64,000 bases of DNA from Scyliorhinus canicula. Taxonomy: Eukaryota. Positions 47,530-57,947 of this stretch are shown in pieces. The position numbers and the translations under genes were made by a program. How positions within the stretch are numbered: position 1 is the stretch's first letter; every line of letters starts with the position of its first letter. Below the pieces are notes generated by a model. The model saw nothing but the letters and a program-made list of their open reading frames with translations. It did not search any database and was not told where the DNA came from. Location: the NCBI RefSeq assembly GCF_902713615.1, contig NC_052147.1, positions 166,946,410 through 167,010,409 of the forward strand. Direction: 5' to 3'.

Positions 47530-50414
47530 TTCAGCAGGGGCATGGGAACCTGGATTGTAGTTTTGGGGTACGGGAGATTGAGAGTATAGAGGTCAGGAGC
47601 ACAGATTTGACTTCGCAGGAGGGTGCCAGTGTTCAGGTAGGTGGTTTGAAGTGTGTCTACTTCAATGCCAGGAGTATACGAAATAAGGTAGGGGAACTGG
47701 CAGCATGGGTTGGTACCTGGGACTTCGATGTTGTGGCCATTTCAGAGACATGGATAGAGCAGGGACAGGAATGGTTGTTGCAGGTTCCGGGGTTTAGGTG
47801 TTTTAGTAAGCTCAGAGAAGGGGGCAAAAGAGGGGGAGGTGTGGCGCTGCTAGTCAAGGACAGTATTACGGTGGCGGAAAGGATGCTAGATGGGGACTCT
47901 TCTTCTGAGGTAGTATGGGCTGAGGTTAGAAACAGGAAAGGAGAGGTCACCCTGTTGGGAGTTTTCTATAGGCCACCTAATAGTTCTAGGGATGTAGAGG
48001 AAAGGATGGCGAAGATGATTCTGGAAAAGAGCGAAAGTAACAGGGTAGTTGTTATGGGAGACTTTAACTTTCCAAATATTGACTGGAAAAGATATAGTTC
48101 GAGTACATTAGATGGGTCATTCTTTGTACAATGTGTGCAGGAGGGTTTCCTGACACAATATGTTGACAGGCCAACAAGAGGCGAGGCCACATTGGATTTG
48201 GTTTTGGGTAATGAACCAGGCCAGGTGTTAGATCTGGAGGTAGGTGAGCACTTTGGAAACAGTGACCACAATTCGGTGACCTTTACGTTAGTGATGGAAA
48301 GGGATAAGTATACCCCGCAGGGCAAGAGTTATAGCTGGGGGAAGGGCAATTATGATGCCATTAGACATGACTTAGGATGTGTTGGTTGGAGAAGTAGGCT
48401 GCAAGGGTTGGGCACACTGGATATGTGGAGCTTGTTCAAGGAACAGCTATTGCATGTTCTTGATAAGTACGTACCAGTCAGGCAGGGAGGAAGGGGTCGA
48501 GCGAGGGAACCGTGGTTTACCAAAGAAGTGGAATCTCTTGTTAAGAGGAAGAAGGAGGCCTATGTGAAGATGAGGCGTGAAGTTTCAGTTGGGGCGCTTG
48601 ATAGTTACAAGGAAGCGAGGAAGGATCTAAAGAGAGAGCTGAGACGAGCAAGGAGGGGACATGAGAAGTCTTTGGCAGGTAGGATCAAGGAAAACCCAAA
48701 AGCTTTCTATAGGTATGTCAGGAATAAAAGAATGACTAGGGTAAGAGTAGGGCCAGTCAAGGACAGTGGTGGGAAGTTGTGTGTGGAGGCTGAGGAGATA
48801 AGCGAGATACTAAATGAATACTTTTCGTCAGTATTCACTCAAGAAAAGGATAATATTGTGCAGGAGAATGCTGAGACCCAGGCTATTAGAATAGATGGCA
48901 TTGAGGTGTGTAGGGAAGAAGTGTTGGCAATTCTGGACAAGGTGAAAATAGATAAGTCCCCGGGGCCGGATGGGATTTATCCTAGGATTCTCTGTGAAGC
49001 CAGGGAAGAGATTGCTGAGCCTTTGGCTTTGATTTTTAGGTCATCATTGGCTACAGGAATAGTGCCAGAGGACTGGAGGATAGCAAATGTGGTCCCTTTG
49101 TTCAAGAAGGGGAGTAGAGATAACCCCGGTAACTATAGGCCGGTGAGCCTAACGTCTGTGGTGGGTAAAGTCTTGGAGAGGATTATAAAAGATACGATTT
49201 ATAATCATCTAGATAGGAATAATATGATTAGGGACAGTCAGCATGGTTTTGTGAAGGGTAGGTCATGCCTCACAAACCTTATCGAGTTCTTTGAGAAGGT
49301 GACTGAACAGGTAGATGAGGGTAGAGCAGTTGATGTGGTGTATATGGATTTCAGTAAAGCGTTTGATAAGGTTCCCCACGGTCGGCTATTGCAGAAAATA
49401 CGGAGGCTGGGGATTGAGGGTGATTTAGAGATGTGGATCAGAAATTGGCTAGTTGAAAGAAGACAGAGAGTGGTAGTTGATGGGAAATGTTCAGAATGGA
49501 GTTCAGTTACGAGTGGCGTACCACAAGGATCTGTTCTGGGGCCGTTGCTGTTTGTCATTTTTATAAATGACCTAGAGGAGGGCGCAGAAGGATGGGTGAG
49601 TAAATTTGCAGACGACACTAAAGTCGGTGGAGTTGTAGACAGTGCGGAAGGATGTTGCAGGTTACAGAGGGACATAGATAAGCTGCAGAGCTGGGCTGAG
49701 AGGTGGCAAATGGAGTTTAATGTGGAGAAGTGTGAGGTGATTCACTTTGGAAAGAATAACAGAAATGCGGAACATTTGGCTAATGGTAAAATTCTTGGTA
49801 GTGTGGATGAGCAGAGGGATCTCGGTGTCCATGTACATAGATCCCTGAAAGTTGCCACCCAGGTTGATAGGGTTGTGAAGAAGGCCTATGGTGTGTTGGC
49901 CTTTATTGGTAGAGGGATTGAGTTCCGGAGCCATGAGGTCATGTTGCAGTTGTACAAAATTCTAGTACGCCCGCATTTGGAGTATTGCGTACAGTTCTGG
50001 TCGCCTCATTATAGGAAGGACGTGGAAGCTTTGGAACGGGTGCAGAGGAGATTTACCAGGATGTTGCCTGGTATGGAGGGAAAATCTTATGAGGAAAGGC
50101 TGATGGACTTGAGGTTGTTTTCATTAGAGAGAAGAAGGTTAAGAGGTGACTTAATAGAGGCATACAAAATGATCAGAAGGTTAGATAGGGTGGACAGCGA
50201 GAGCCTTCTCCCGCGGATGGAGGTGGCTAGCACGAGGGGACATAGCCTTAAATTGAGGGGTAATAGATATAGGACAGAGGTCAGAGGTAGGTTTTTTACG
50301 CAAAGAGTGGTGAGGCCGTGGAATGCCCTACCTGCAACAGTAGTGAACTCGCCAACATTGAGGGCATTTAAAAGTTTATTGGATAAGCATATGGATGATA
50401 AGGGCATAGTGTAG
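47505..50414 (+). CDS. CR1 ORF2p: AP endonuclease plus reverse transcriptase (start undefined; frame open from 47505)
   Basis: FNARS, ISETW, FYRPP, MGDFN, LDLVL, SDH (APE); QGSVLGP and FADD (RT); no stops over 967 codons. Confidence 0.95.
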   Translation, partial: CSLGGFKLIQQGHGNLDCSFGVREIESIEVRSTDLTSQEGASVQVGGLKCVYFNARSIRNKVGELAAWVGTWDFDVVAISETWIEQGQEWLLQVPGFRCFSKLREGGKRGGGVALLVKDSITVAERMLDGDSSSEVVWAEVRNRKGEVTLLGVFYRPPNSSRDVEERMAKMILEKSESNRVVVMGDFNFPNIDWKRYSSSTLDGSFFVQCVQEGFLTQYVDRPTRGEATLDLVLGNEPGQVLDLEVGEHFGNSDHNSVTFTLVMERDKYTPQGKSYSWGKGNYDAIRHDLGCVGWRSRLQGLGTLDMWSLFKEQLLHVLDKYVPVRQGGRGRAREPWFTKEVESLVKRKKEAYVKMRREVSVGALDSYKEARKDLKRELRRARRGHEKSLAGRIKENPKAFYRYVRNKRMTRVRVGPVKDSGGKLCVEAEEISEILNEYFSSVFTQEKDNIVQENAETQAIRIDGIEVCREEVLAILDKVKIDKSPGPDGIYPRILCEAREEIAEPLALIFRSSLATGIVPEDWRIANVVPLFKKGSRDNPGNYRPVSLTSVVGKVLERIIKDTIYNHLDRNNMIRDSQHGFVKGRSCLTNLIEFFEKVTEQVDEGRAVDVVYMDFSKAFDKVPHGRLLQKIRRLGIEGDLEMWIRNWLVERRQRVVVDGKCSEWSSVTSGVPQGSVLGPLLFVIFINDLEEGAEGWVSKFADDTKVGGVVDSAEGCCRLQRDIDKLQSWAERWQMEFNVEKCEVIHFGKNNRNAEHLANGKILGSVDEQRDLGVHVHRSLKVATQVDRVVKKAYGVLAFIGRGIEFRSHEVMLQLYKILVRPHLEYCVQFWSPHYRKDVEALERVQRRFTRMLPGMEGKSYEERLMDLRLFSLERRRLRGDLIEAYKMIRRLDRVDSESLLPRMEVASTRGHSLKLRGNRYRTEVRGRFFTQRVVRPWNALPATVVNSPTLRAFKSLLDKHMDDKGIV

Positions 50415-51249
50415 GTTAGATGGCCTTTAGATTTTTTCCATGTCGGTGCAACATCGAGGGCCGAAGGGCCTGTACTGCGCTGTATCGTTCTATGTTCTAT
50501 GTTCTAAACCGAACGCCACCCCTGTAATTCACGCACCACGTCGGGTGCCAGCACCCCTCAAGGATCACCTCAAGCAGCAATTACAGGACCTCCAGGACCA
50601 GGGCATCATATCAAAGGCCACACATCCCACGGACTGGGTCACCTCCAGGGCCTGCGTCAAGAAGCCGTCAGGGGAGCTTCGGATCTGCATCGACCCCAAG
50701 GATCTAAACCGCAACATCACGCGGGAGCATTACCCAATACCTAAACGAGAAGAGTTGACCAGCGAGTTGGCTCATGCCAAATTCTTTACGAAGCTGGATG
50801 CCTCCAAGGGGTTCTGGCAAATACAGCTGGATGCATCCAGTCGCAAGCTGTGCACATTCAATACCCTGTTCGGTCGCTACTGCTACAACCGGATGCATTT
50901 TGGCATCATCTCTGCCTCAGAGGTATTTCACCGCATCATGGAACAGATGATGGATGGTATCGAGGGGGTGCGAGTGTATGTTGACGATGTCATAATATGG
51001 TCCACAACTCCCCATAACATATCGCTCGCCTCAAGGAGTATTCCACAGAATACATGAGCATGGGCTCCAGCTCAACAGGGCCAAGTGCTCGTTCGGTCAA
51101 TCAGATATCAAATTCCTTGGTTACCACATCTCGCAGCAAGGCGTGCGGTCAGATACTGACAAGGTTTCGGCGATCAACGCCATGAAGACCCCAGAGGACA
51201 AGAAGGTGGTCCTCCGCTTTCTAGGGATGGTCAACTTCCTCGGGAAGTT

Positions 51250-51595
51250 ATAGAATTTACCGTGCAGAAGGAGGCCATTCGGCCCATCGAATCTGCACCG
51301 GCTCTTGGAAAGAGCACCCTACCCGAGGTCAACACCTCCACCCTATCCCCATAACCCAACAACCCCACCCAACACTAAGGGCAATTTTGGACACTAACGG
51401 CAATTTATCATGGCCAATCCACCTAACCTGCACACATCTTTGGACTGTGGGAGGAAACCGGAGCACCCGGAGGAAACCCACGCACACACGGGGAGGATGT
51501 GCATACTGCGCACAGACAGTGACCCAAGCCGGAATCGAACCTGGGACCCTGGAGCTGTGAAGCAATTGTGCTATCCACAATGCTACCGTGCTGCC
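51250..51595 (-). mobile_element. HE1-like V-SINE inserted in the Gypsy pol
   Basis: Splits FLGK|FIPNMASHTT. Confidence 0.9.
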
Positions 51596-54344
51596 ATTCC
51601 CATGTTCATTCCCAACATGGCGTCCCACACCACAGCCCTCCGCCATCTCGTCAAAAAGTCAACGGAATTCCAGTGGCCGCCCGCTCATGAAAAAGAATGG
51701 CGTGAGCTGAGGGCAAAGCTCACCACAGCCCCGGTTTTGGCGTTCTTTGACCCCCACCAAGGAGACCAAGACATCCACTGATGTGAGCCAGTACGGTATT
51801 GGGGCGGTGCGCCTCCAACGGGATGACTCCTCGTCCTGGGCTCCAGTTGCGTGTCCCTCCAGAGCCATGACGCCCACTGAGCAACGGTACGCTCAGATTG
51901 AGAAGGAATGCCTGGGCCTCATAACGGGAATTGACAAGTTTCACGACTATGTTTATGGCCTCCCAAAATTCACGGTAGAGGCGGACCACAGGCCACTAGT
52001 CCACATTATCCAGAAGGATTTAAATGACATGACGCCTCGGTTACAGCGAATCCTTCTCAAGCTACGCCGCTGTGATTTTGAGCTTGTCTACACGCCAGGC
52101 AGAGAACTCATTGTTGCAGATGCCCTTTCCAGGTCTATTACCACTCCCTGTGAACAAACGGACTTCGTCTGCCAAATCGCGCGCAGGTACAATTGTGTGC
52201 CTCTAACCTTCCGGCCTCTGATGAGAGGGTCGTCCAAATTCATGAGGAAATGGCCAAGGATCCTCTGCTACAGCGAGTGATGCAGCACCTTACCAATGGC
52301 TGGCAGAAGGGACAATGTCCCCAGTTCTACAACGTCAAGGATGACCTGACGGAGGTGGACAGCATCCTCATGAAGCTCAACGGGATCGTAATCCCGCAGA
52401 GCATGCGAGCTATGGTGCTCGGCCAACTCCATGAGGGTCACCTGGGGGTCAAGAAATGCCGATGCAGAGTTTGGGAGGCAGTCTATTGGCCGGGCATCAG
52501 CCAGGACGTTGCCAACACAGTCCTCAACTGCCCTACATGTCAGAAATTTCAGCCAGCTCAACCCAAAGAAACTTTGCAGCAACATGAGATAGTGACCTCC
52601 CCGTGGTCCAAAGTCGGTGTTGACCTTTTCCACGCCAAGGGGCGTGACTATGTCCTCCTGGTTGACTACTTCTCCAGTTACCCAGAAGTGGTGAAACTGC
52701 CCGACCTCATGTCGAAGGCAGTGATTAAAACCTGCAAAGAAAAATTCGCCAGGCATGGGATACTGCTCACGGTGATGAGTGATAATGGGCCCTGTTTTTA
52801 CAGCCAGGAATGGTCTGATTTTGCACGTTTATACAACTTCCGTCACGTGACCTCCAGCCCTCACTACCCGCAGTCAAACGGGAAGGCTGAAAAAGGGGTC
52901 CATATCGTCAGGAGATTGCTATGCAAGGCTGCAGACTCAGGCTCCAACTTCAACCTGGCAATGCTGGCATACAGGGCAACCCTGCTGTCCACTGGGTTGT
53001 CTCCAGCGCAGATGCTCATGAATCCCACTCTGCCATGGTTCCAGCCATCCATGTTCCAGACCTTGACCACCTCACGGTCATACAAAAGATGCAGCAGTCT
53101 CGGGCCCAACAGAAATCAGCATACGACGCTCATGCCACAGAGCTCCCCAAGCTGCTCCCAACTGATTATGTTCGTGTACAGTTGCCTGATGGCGGCTGAT
53201 CAGTCACAGCTGTGGTTGTCAAGCAAGTGGCCCCAAGATCGTTCCTTGTTCGCATGGCTGATGGCTCCTTCCTACTACGCAACAGAAGGGCACTGCGCAG
53301 AGTTCCACGTCCGCCACCTGACCGTGATGCCCCGCCACACACGATGCTTCCTCCAGATGTGCCCTACCACGAGGCCACCGATCTACCAGCAATCCTGCCG
53401 ACCCCTGCGACCACCGCATTGGCGGCGGTCCTGCCTATCCAAATGCAGGCGGCCCCTGATCCACCCTTGCGGCGATCAACCAGAATTCGCCGCCCGCCAC
53501 AAAGACTAAATTTATAGACTGAACTTTTGCACAATTTTGTTACATCATCGTTTTGACCTCTGTAAATATCGTTTCACCATTTCGTCTGCCCTATATCTGC
53601 ACTAGCGACACCTTCCTATGTATATACGTTCATTTTAGCACATTCTGTATATAGTCACATACATATACACATCCACACGCACACGCCCCTTAATATTTAT
53701 TATCTAAAAAAAAGGGGGGGAGATGTCATAACATACATCTATGTATATAATGGAGTGCAGACAGGCAGTGATTGACACACAGGATGACCAGTAAGCACAG
53801 AGAACAGAGCAGCCAATCACCAGACAGGACACTACCACTATAAAGCCAGAGGGCACTAGGTTTCCCGCTCTCTCTGGACCCAGCCACTGAGACAGTTAGA
53901 GTTCGTGAGCTAGTCAGTGCAAACACCATGCGTAGCTCGTAAGTCTGGTCAGGCTAGTACTAGGTCTCCAGTCAAGTCAGCATAGTGTCAACCCACAGTT
54001 GAACATGTGCAGTAGTTAAGACGTTAAATAAAATCGTGTTGCATCTTATCAAGTGTTGGAAGTCTGTCTCTCGCTACACTGCATCAAGTGGACCCAGCCT
54101 GCCCAACACATCACACGCAGGGCAATGCCCACTGTAATCCCGACAGGGGCACCGGACAGGTGCTGTGGAGTGTACCCCTGGCAAGGGCAATGCCAGCTGA
54201 TAATACAACTGATAGCAGGAACAGGCACCTGGACCAGAGCCACCATGGTGCTGGGCCATGGGTGCGGGGATGGAGGGGGTAAAACATGTGGGGGCAGAGC
54301 CCGCAGTGCCAACTGAGGCTGTTATGTAACCCGGTGGACCTGTT

Positions 54345-54557
54345 TTAAAAAAAATAATCTTTATTGTCACAAGCAGGCTTACATTAACATTGCAATGAAG
54401 TTACTGTGAAAAGCCCCGAGTCGCCATATTCCGGCGCCTGTTCGGGTACACAGAGGGAGAATTCAGAATGTTCAATTCGCCTAACAGCACATCTTTCAGG
54501 TCTTGTGGGAGGAAACCGGAGCACCCGGAGGAAACCCACGAAGGCACAGGGAGAACG
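54345..54557 (-). mobile_element. 5'-truncated V-SINE with the alternative tail
   Basis: V core plus GGCGACTCGGGGCTTTTCACAGTAACTTCATTGC tail. Confidence 0.8.
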
Positions 54558-54599
54558 TTGGACACAGCGGTACGCACCAAGCCAACTTGTTGGCCTCTT

Positions 54600-56490
54600 A
54601 CTCCCTGCAGAAAATGGATGCTGGAATACCACCAGCAATGGCAGCCTTCCTGCTAGTTGCCGCAGCTCTGGGGGATGCCCTGCAGCTGTACGAGCTGCGC
54701 TGCCCGAAGAGGAGGAAGCTGCAGCAGTGCAGCCTGGCCCAGAGGAACAGGGGACAGCCACCCAGGATGGAGAGCCGGCCACCAACAGGCCAAGGAGGAA
54801 GAGGTGCAAAGAGTCTCCAGACGAGGCCTTGCAGGTACCCAGCGCCTGTCATTTGAGCACCTGCCAGACCAGGCATGCCGTCGAAGACTTTGGCTGAGCA
54901 GGGAGACGGTGTGACATATCTGCCAGATTGTGGTGCACCTGGCACCGTGGGGGAATGGGGAAGGACACCTGCTCCCAGTGGCTGCCAAGGTGATGGTCAC
55001 CCTGAGGTTTTATGCCACGGGGTGCTTCCAGGCACCGAGTGGGGTCCTGTCCAGATTCTCACTGAGCTTGGTGCACAGGTGCATCCACGCTGTCACAGAG
55101 GCCCAAATGCCCAGGCGACTCAATACATCCATTTCAATGTGGACCGAGCCAACTAGCCCGGGCAGCGGGGTTCGCCGTCATCGATGGGATGCCCCAGAGG
55201 GTGATTGATGGGATGCATGACCCCTAGAAGCACCTGCAGATGGCAAACCGCTTGAAACAAACCAAAATGGGTTCCGCTTGATGATCATGCAGCTGATATG
55301 TGACCATCAGATGTACATCATACACATCTGTGCCCGACGCAGTGTGCGTGACGCCTTCAACCTGCACTCTCGCCGATTCCTGACATGTTCAAGATGACCC
55401 CCTGGCTGATGACATCTATTCGGAGGCCACAGACCGACGTGGAGACAATGCTATAATGACGCCCAGGCAGCGACCAGGGGCGGGATTCTCCCCTACCCGG
55501 CGTGACGGAGGGTGCCGGCGTAGGGGAGTGGCGCCAACCACTCAGGGGTCGCGCCTCCTCCAAAGGTGGGGAATTCTCCCCACCTTTGGGGGCCAGCCCC
55601 GCGCCGGAGCAGTTTGCACCGGTAGACTGGCGCAAACACCCGGCGCAGTCGGAAGCGGGGCTGGCCGAAAGGCTTTCGGCGGTCGGCGCATGCGCCGGCA
55701 GTGACGTCAGCGGCAGCTGGCCGCTGACCTCACTGCCGGCGCATGCGCGATGCGGGGTACTCCTCCGCGTCCGCCATGGCGGAGGCCGTGGCGGCGCGGA
55801 AGGAGAAAGAGTGCCCCCACGGCACTGCCCCGCGGAGTGAGCGGGGGGCCCCGATCGCGGGCCAGGCCTCCGTGGGGGCACCCCCCCGGGTCCGATCGCC
55901 CCCCGCCCCCCCCAGGACCCCGGGGGCCCGCTCGCGCCGCTGAGTCCGCCGTTTCCGAGGTGGTGTACACCTCGGCGGCGGGAGAAGGCCTCCCAGCGGC
56001 GGGACTTCGGCCCATCCGGGCCGGAGATTTAAGGTTAGCTGTTTTCACAGGCTGCCGGCGGGATTTGCACAACGCCGGTTTTTTACCGGCGGGAGAATTA
56101 GGAGACCTGCGGGAGCGGAAATCACGCCGCTTCCCGCCAATTCTCCGACCCTGCGTGGGGTCGGAGAATCCCGCCCAGAGTCCGTGATCGAGCGGTGCTT
56201 CGGCTTGCTGAAGACGTGGTTCCGGTGCCTGGACCGCTCTGAAGGGGTCCTCCAGTAGGATACTGAGAGGGTCACCTGCATCGGGGCGGTCTGCTGTGTC
56301 CTCCGCAACATCACGCAGCAGAAGGGTGACGTGCTGTTGGAGGTGGATGAACACCACTCCGCGTCCGACGAGGAGGATGCAGGGGAAGGCAAGGGGAGAC
56401 AGGACTGGGGCCCAGGCAGGCACAGGGAGCCACACAACTTTGTCGGGGGCAACACGTAAGGGATGCTCTCATTGCCTCCAGATTCACTGA
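54600..56490 (+). pseudogene. Harbinger (HARBI1-like DDE) transposase remnant, interrupted by a MITE
   Basis: HLPDQACRRRLWLSRETV, KVMVTLRFYATG.FQ, VIDGMH, QLICDH, VIERCFGLLK.WFRCL and CCVLRNI motifs, with frameshifts. Confidence 0.82.
55478..56176. mobile_element. Young GC/CpG-rich Harbinger MITE
   Basis: Perfect 14-bp TIRs GGGCGGGATTCTCC / GGAGAATCCCGCCC, flanked by (C)AG. Confidence 0.9.
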
Positions 56491-57947
56491 CTGCAGGGGC
56501 GGAGGAAACTGGCCAGGGGCATGGACACTTCATCCCCCCACCAGCCAATTCCCCCGAACCTGTAACCCCCTATGTGATACATACCTGCCAAACGACAGGG
56601 TGTGGGGCACTGGATTGCCAGTAACACCGGGTGTGGCCCATGAAAGATGATGACAACCTGCTCTGGTATGTGCTCTGGTGCTCCACATTGTATGACAACG
56701 TCTGACCTCTGCCCATGGAAGCACTTTCCACCATCTACCTGGGTGATCCCTGCATGCGAGCCGGCCAATCCATCACACGGTCCCACCGAATCCCTGGGGT
56801 GATGGTGGCGGCAGCAGTCAGGCAGGAGGGTGGGGAGCCCAGACCACCCACAATGTCCGCCCATTCTACCCCAACCGTACACCCACACTGGCCAGCCCAC
56901 ACCAGACCACCCCTCACACCCATCTGACAGAACACCGAGGCAGGTTGCAACAGTGCTAACAGGTGTTTCATGTACTCTAATATTTACAGCTAAATGCCCT
57001 AGCTCCTATAACTAAAATGTGCCCTGCACTGGTGCTGAGTTAACTAGTGTCTAACTTTGTGGCCTTATGGGTCCTAATCATACGTCTAGGTGGATCCCAA
57101 AACGGTACCTCAGGAGTGGAGGTGGCCTGCTGTGATTACCACCCTGCGACCTGGGTCTCCGTTGATGGACATCTGGGGTGGCCGGGCCTAGATGGGCCGG
57201 GCTGCTGCTCGGGCTCCCAGATGGCATGATGCTATCCTGTTCTACCCGCTGCCCAACATATACACCACGGACAGGAGCAGGTGAGTCCGAGGTGCTGCAG
57301 TGTTCCGGCACCACCACCCCTGCGGGAGTCATCGGCATGGGCCCCATCACCTCCTCCTCCTTTGGGGTTCCCTGTGGCCCCCGGGCTACTCCATGGGACA
57401 GGGGTGTGAGCGGAGCTATCCCCTGAGGCTCCGCAGAGCTATCCCCTTTGGCCAGCGCCTGGGCAGTGCCACTGATGTTCTCAGCCATGGCCCGCTGTGA
57501 CTGGTCCATGCTCTGATGTGCCATTGCAGTTTCCGGTGGCTCTCACGTATGGCTGAATGTGAGGTGGGAACACTGTCCTGGGCTTTGGCCTGTGCCTGCA
57601 CAGAATACCCCAGGCCTTGAACATAGCTGAAACCCTCGTGCCCAATGCTTCCACTGCGGACACCACCCATGCATTATTGGCCTGGGTGGCACATATGGTT
57701 GACAACACATCCTGATCGTGCACATAGCTGGACTCCTAAAACTCTGCCTGCAGGTAATGGATGCTCGCCGACAACCCCTGACATAGACCCTGGCTCTGCT
57801 ACTGCATCTCCACAATTGATGGGACTGTCCATTCCAGAACCCGAAACCCATCTGGGTGGCAGTTAGTTCCTGGTGTCTACCCGCCCTGACTGTCTGCCCC
57901 TCAGGTGATCCTATCTCCACCTGATGTACTGGATCAGCAGGGTAGTG

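Larger units (their letters stand above)
46398..50505 (+). mobile_element. Apparently full-length young CR1/HER1-type LINE with two open ORFs
   Basis: 5'UTR, ORF1, ORF2, 3' stem-loop GGCCGAAGGGCC and (GTTCTAT)n tail; short AAAC duplication at 46394 and 50506. Confidence 0.95.
44873..53517 (+). pseudogene. Gypsy gag-pol, interrupted by the CR1 (46398-50505) and a SINE (51250-51595)
   Basis: ORF pieces 44804-45241, 45266-45691, 45875-46336, 50506-51057, 51747-52280 and 52193-53509. The reading frame YKILLK|PNATPVIHAPRR is restored by removing the LINE. Confidence 0.88.
44390..54113 (+). mobile_element. Full-length Gypsy (Ty3) LTR retrotransposon, inactivated
   Basis: LTRs 44390-44791 and 53724-54113 (TG...CA), 5-bp TSD CACGC, PBS TGGTACCAG at 44792, PPT at 53706-53723. 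Order is gag with CCHC knuckles, protease LDTGA, RT YVDD, RNase H, integrase (HHCC, D-D-E). Stops and frameshifts are present. Confidence 0.96.

Noticed and set aside
47657-50407. Minus-strand ORFs opposite LINE ORF2 (also 25413-26408)
   Set aside because: Antisense shadows of a coding strand; no independent motifs.
55357-56548. Long Pro/Arg/Gly-rich ORFs in GC-rich blocks (also 14600-15600 and 19988-20812)
   Set aside because: Open on several frames because stops are rare at high GC; they lie within MITE/Harbinger DNA and have no domain signature.
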